Of a DNA stretch of 64,000 nt, positions 59,701 through 64,000 are shown piece by piece. Position 1 is the first letter of the stretch; the number at the start of each line of letters is the position of its first letter. The stretch spans positions 165,540,001-165,604,000 of the forward strand of contig OZ038378.1 in NCBI GenBank assembly GCA_964036045.1. Reading direction: 5' to 3'. The translations under genes and the position numbers were made by a program. The notes under the pieces are model-generated. The model did no database searches, was not told the origin of the DNA, and saw nothing but the letters and a program-made list of their open reading frames with translations. The DNA is from Eutreptiella sp. 'Long Island Sound 2002'. Taxonomy: Eukaryota > Protista > Euglenida.

Positions 59701-61708
59701 CGTTCGCAGGCCCGTGAGGCACACCCCCCCCCCCGGTGTCACTGCACCGTGCGCCGAGCGCATTGAGGGGGGAGCCCCTGCACAGCAGACCCTGAGCCCC
59801 AAAGAGTGAGGGATGCACCCAACAGAACTGTTTTTGTTTTGGTATGCCAAGGCGTGACGGACCGTGGCTGTGCCATCATTCCGCTCCCCCGCGTGGCGCC
59901 GAACTGTGGACTGGCGGATGCACCAAGCCCCCAACAGTCTCTAGCGTTAATAGTGCATGGTATCGTATGGAACCCCGTAAGATGTGCTAGAATTTGTCCA
60001 TCAAAGTGTTGATCATGTTGATTGGTTTTGCAATGCCCGGCACATACCAAGTCCATTAGTTGTCAACCTGGTGGTGACCTAGAGTGTGCATCTCTTGGAG
60101 CACCCTTGGAGCACCTGCACTACACTCGTCCCGTCTAGTACAGCACATGCCGGACCATTTTCCTGTGCTTCACCGGCAACTGGTACCTAGGTGAACACAA
60201 TGACTTTCTATGGCTTTAGAATATTGTATTGGCTTGGTGTATTGGAAGCTGATTGGTAGTACCACCACACCCACACCTACACCCGCACACGAACGCCTGG
60301 CTCACTGCACGTGGTGTAATCCATCATAGAGAGCATTGGAAGGGGGGGAGGTACCACCTAACCTCCTCCAACCGCCGGCCTAACCACTTCTGGGGCCGCC
60401 CCTGCCCTTCTAATGCATCCCTGCAAGGGGAGGTCCCGCCTTCGAGTCGGCCACAGGGGAGGCGGAGGCACACAGCCGCCGCCTGCACTGCATCTGACAA
60501 GGCAGGCTGCGCCCTCTAGACGCCCGTGTGCATTGCCTAGCTGCAGGTGCCAGCAGGACGCGACAGGGCAGGTCCCCCCTGCCCGGCCGCACGGGTTGAC
60601 ACCGCTCTGGCCCATACCGTCGCCGGGTGCTGGTACGTTGTGTGGGCAGCAGGACTGACTGGCGTGTGGTGCTCCACTGTCTGCCACCCGATGGGGACCA
60701 GAGACTCTGCCCCAGGGATGCATTCGAAGAGAAGGGACCTCGAAGGCGGCCCCAGAAGCAGTTGGACAGGCGGTTGGAGGAGGTTGCCAAAGCGGTTGGG
60801 GGCAGTTACTGTCGGTTATGAACCCCATTGAAACTGGCGCTTGCTGTTCGGGGGACAGTGGCTGGGCATAGGCTGGGCACACTAGAGGGGGGGGGGGTAC
60901 AACAGGAGCGGGAGCCCACCAGGGGCAGACCAGCCGTGAGGGGGAAAGGGACATATGGTGGACGGTTGGGACAACGCGTGGAGGGGTAGGGCACCTGGGC
61001 CTCACGCACACGGAACACAGCGAGGCAGGTGGTGGACGGCCTGGGGACGGAGGTGTGTGGACAGCAAAAACAGTCAAACGACCCCAGCAACAACCAGCAC
61101 AACCCCCAATACGCCAATTACTGGGCGCCGCTGACGTGCAAACGGCATATCCTGCCACATCCAGCACAGCCCCAGCACACCAACCACTGGGCTCCACGAA
61201 CGCGGCAACGACACCAGCAGGAGCACCGGCCGCAGCGGCCAACAGAACGCAGCGACCCGGCGCAACATGCGAAGGGAAGAACGGGTGACTGTCCAGGGCC
61301 CCGTAAAGAAACAACAACCAGACGGAATGTCACACAGGGGGCACCCCCCCCCTCCAACGCATCCCTGCCCTGCCCACACCTCCCGTGAGGCGCGCGCAGC
61401 CCACGCCTGGGGGCACCACTGGGGCATGGGGGGACGACAGAGCAGAGGCGGGGCACAGAGCGGAACGGGACCTGCTCAATGTAACGCTGCCGGTCGCGGC
61501 GGCGCTGGGGCGTGTCCATGAGGGGGACGTAGGCGGCCTCGGACATGAAGCGGGCGGCGACCGGGAGGCGCAGCTCGCGGCCGAAGGGGAGGACCATGAC
61601 GTCAGGGAAGGAGGGGATCAGGCGCAGCAGTACCACCAGCCACAGGGCCATCGTGAGGACCACGACGGCGGCCGGGACCGTAATGAACATGGCGTATCGG
61701 GAGCCCAT
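50773..61708 (-). CDS. Intron-rich gene for a predicted membrane protein of unknown function (may continue to exons near 50100, 48700 and 47600)
   Basis: Exons: 61708-~61478, ~59403-59180, 58806-58436, 56490-56084, 53340-53072, 52131-52072, 51922-~51850, 51781-51499, ~50900-50773. Phase-consistent GT-AG joins: GAG|gtaggc...ctctcag|CGC (58435-56491), AA|gtgtgc...tcacag|A (56083-53341), G|gtacat...gcacag|GC (52071-51923). N-terminal hydrophobic segment and several later TM-like segments. Confidence 0.65.
52132..53071 (-). other. Candidate non-conventional (non GT-AG) intron
   Basis: Both junctions are Y|R, with a 5-bp direct repeat GTTCT and a terminal ACGGCT/AGCCGT complement; removal joins DRLF to WLDCG in a frame consistent with the next GT-AG intron. 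Confidence 0.5.
53959..54128. repeat. GGCGGTT/GGTGG minisatellite
   Basis: Degenerate ggcggtt(g) tandem array within an intron. Confidence 0.9.
54208..54262 (+). mobile_element. tRNA-derived SINE-like head
   Basis: Perfect B-box GGTTCGAATCCC with an upstream weak A-box-like TGAGGCAGGG. Confidence 0.35.
54607..55190. repeat. Palindromic CGACGCGTCG arrays (54607-54700 and 55016-55190) around an aagcaacactctgcccccc tandem block
   Basis: Repeated cgacgcgtcg and gtacgacgcgtcgtac perfect palindromes in about 55-bp units. Confidence 0.9.
57636..57745. repeat. Intronic dispersed repeat (copy at about 59468-59580)
   Basis: ggaagccaaaag.ccaaaagtt..tg.accaaaaatagcccaaatcaa...gaaatccgggtc is shared. 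Confidence 0.8.
58073..58262. repeat. Intronic dispersed repeat (copies at about 61155-61345 + and 62355-62545 -)
   Basis: ccacatccagcacagcccc...caacatgcgaagggaagaacgggtgactgtccagggccccgtaaag...atgtcacacagggg in three copies. Confidence 0.85.
58807..59179 (-). other. Candidate non-conventional intron filled by a minisatellite
   Basis: Ends TGAAGC...GCTTCA+cc pair +1 with -3; 4-bp direct repeat CACC; removal keeps the frame (APRH|RSVLPSVPQLMDHW). Confidence 0.45.
58828..59173. repeat. About 36-bp G-rich minisatellite, about 10 copies
   Basis: gaggcgtgggagtgtgcgggacggaggggggggg(ct) units. Confidence 0.95.
59404..61477 (-). other. Candidate non-conventional intron with an 11-bp terminal stem
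   Basis: Perfect inverted repeat CATTGAGCAGG (59402-59412) / CCTGCTCAATG (61471-61481) at the ends of two coding blocks, containing CAG/CTG; exact junction ambiguous. Confidence 0.55.
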
Positions 61709-63189
61709 CAGAGCCCACTGGCATCACTCTGAGAGGCCTATGCCTGCGGCAGAGATGCAGCCAGGCCCACGGGGGTGGCGCACGGACTGACACCCCCCCC
61801 CTCTGGTGATACCTGCCACTTGTGTGGCGTACTCTACAACCGCCAGCTTGAGCTCTAAAAACCCAACGTACGACCCAACATAACTGGACTTCGTGGATTC
61901 TTTTTGGGGGGGCGGAGATTCAGACTAAGATGAGCTGGCGTAGCCCGCTCACTTCACAATACTCGAGGTACAGAGCTGTCCAGTGCTACGATGATCGCAC
62001 GATGGCGTGGTAGCGGATCTGACACGTAGTGAGGATTAGCTGAGTCTGAAACCAGGTTATGCAGTGGGAGACTGCCACGCCCGCAGGCTTCCCATTGTGC
62101 ACGACAACGTAACTGGACTTCGTGGATTGCAGAAAACAGATACCAACTCAATGGGGCACAAATGCCCCCTGGACCTCAATCAAGGGGAGGGCACGTGCTA
62201 CTCATGCTTCTGCCAGGGGGCTCTGACGCCAGATCGGGGCACAGATCAGCAACCCATCCACATTGCAACACAAAGAGTCTCATTTGTACATCATGCGGGT
62301 GTACAGAACGAAAAATGCCCACGACGGAGGGCCAGCGCTGCCAGACTATGTCCCCCCCTGTGTGACATTCCGTCTGGTTGTTGTTTCTTTACGGGGCCCT
62401 GGACAGTCACCCATTCTTCCCTTCGCATGTTGCGTCGGGTCGCTGCGTTCTGTCGGCCGCTGCGGCCAGTGCTCCTGCTGGTGCCGTTTCCGTGTTCGCG
62501 GAGCCCAGTGGTTGGTGTGCTGGGGCTGTGCTGAATGTGGCATGCTGCCAGACTATGTACCCCCCCCCCTCCCGTGTGCAGCGAACAATAAGGCCCTCAA
62601 AAAATACCGTCCAAACAGAAGTGTTCGTTGGACAAGGCGTCCGCTGGACACGGGGGGGGGGGGGGGCACAAGGCCTCGGTATCAGGTTGTTTGCCTTTGG
62701 CGGTGCCTATTGGCCTCTGGCCCTTGCTCATTCTGACCCTCTGTGGGCCCGAACGTGTGTTAACGGAGCCCCTGGATGACGGGTCCTGTTTGACTACTCC
62801 GGGGTCGGCTGTCCCGGAGACGGGCTGTTGCCTGTGCCGCTGGGGGGGGGGGGGGTTATGGGTGGTCAGTTTCCTGTGGAAATGTGTGCCGGGTCCAAGG
62901 GGGCACGGCCAACATGGTTCGTGCACCTTGCACAGTGCCTTCTGCTGCTGAGAGGGTTTGGAAGATGCAGGGGGACCGATGAACCCCCGCATCGCCTTTT
63001 TGCCGGAGGATATGCGTCAAGAACTTCATCCAGAACACACGTGTTGAGTAGGCAGTCCTCTCCACCGAAAAGGGACAAACGGATGCAACACAGCCCCATA
63101 CGACGGTCAGGCCAGCGTGCTCTTCGTCTGTCCATGGCTCATCCATGGCTCTGGGTGCGCAACAGTACGGGACCAGTATTGCTGTGACG

Positions 63190-63650
63190 CCTGTGAAGCC
63201 CCGGGCGGAGACACTTTGCGGTCTGCGCTCCAGCACTGCCCAAAGTCTTTGACACACCTGGGGCCCCGGGGGTGGCCAGCTGCCCTGGAGGGGGTAGCCT
63301 AGCGCGGCTGGACATCAGCTATAGTGCAGAAGCACACGATGCCCTGTTGGAGGCCATCTCACAGCAGACCGCTTTGACGTCCCTATGCCTGTGTGATGGG
63401 CCCCAGCTGCCAGCTTCCCGGCGTCGGTAGACGCAAACTTACTCACTCCCCTGCGGAACTTGCAACACGTTTGGATCGATGACATGAGCAACAGATGCTT
63501 GAGGTGCCGATGCGATGGCTCCGGTCTCCTAGTTCCCGGCCCTGAGCTTTCACGGGCAAGATCTCCTCGGCGGTCCGGAATACATCGACGCCCTCTTTCG
63601 GCTGCAGTTCCTGCGATATTTGGACATACCCTTGAAGCAGAGGCTTGTCT
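63190..63650 (+). pseudogene. Decayed partial copy of the F-box/LRR gene at 13187-14383
   Basis: Long nucleotide matches (cagcactgcccaaagtctttgacacacctgggg, gacatcagcta.agtgcagaagcacacgatgccctgttgg, ccctgagctttcacgggcaagatctcctcggcggtccgg) with deletions, frameshifts and a stop. Confidence 0.85.
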
Positions 63651-64000
63651 TAAAAGTGAAGTCAAGAACTTCAGTCGGGGAGGAACTACAATTCATCCCT
63701 TCAGGTTCTGTGAAGAGAATGCCACCAATCCCAAGTTTTGAGCTGAATCACGAGTGCTTACATGTGTACTAGGCGTTGCTCATGCCCCCCAAACTGGCCT
63801 GACAGCCCTGCAACCAAGTAGACTGGGGAGAAAGGTCGGCTGCCGGCGGATGGCAGTGTTTTGTACAAAATCGAGACAGGAAAAGAAGGTACTTGAAAAA
63901 CGGGACCTGCTTGTCCACGCGGCGATTGACTAGAGGTATCAGTAGCCATCCGATGTCCGGGTCCTGCCGGACCTGCTGGTCTCAAGCGACACTTGCCTTT

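Overview
Repeat-rich eukaryotic nuclear DNA, most likely from a euglenid. That assignment rests on a spliced-leader-like 20-mer upstream of one gene, a mix of GT-AG introns and introns with base-paired ends, and a VIPER/TATE-type retroelement. No database searches were run; all calls come from reading motifs and repeats by eye. Main contents: (1) a 5'-truncated LINE bounded by (TG)n microsatellites (8874-11773); (2) an intronless F-box/LRR gene (13187-14383) with a decayed paralogous fragment at about 63190-63650; (3) an intronless Xaa-Pro aminopeptidase gene (18509-20356) with a spliced-leader relic and a short oligo(A) remnant, flanked by a 793-bp near-identical direct repeat, so probably a retrogene; (4) retroelement remnants in which an aspartic protease is followed by a Dam-like NPPF methyltransferase domain (26752-27560); (5) a 601-aa double glycosyltransferase-like gene split by a base-exact internal inversion (30106-31191); (6) an apparently intact 5.15-kb tyrosine-recombinase retrotransposon (34306-39456) with gag, YR and RT/RNase H ORFs and A1-B1-A2-B2 split direct repeats; (7) intron-rich minus-strand genes at about 0.4-5.4 kb and 47-61.7 kb; (8) many micro- and minisatellites, tRNA-like SINE heads and dispersed repeats. 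No rRNA, intact tRNA or CRISPR array could be supported.
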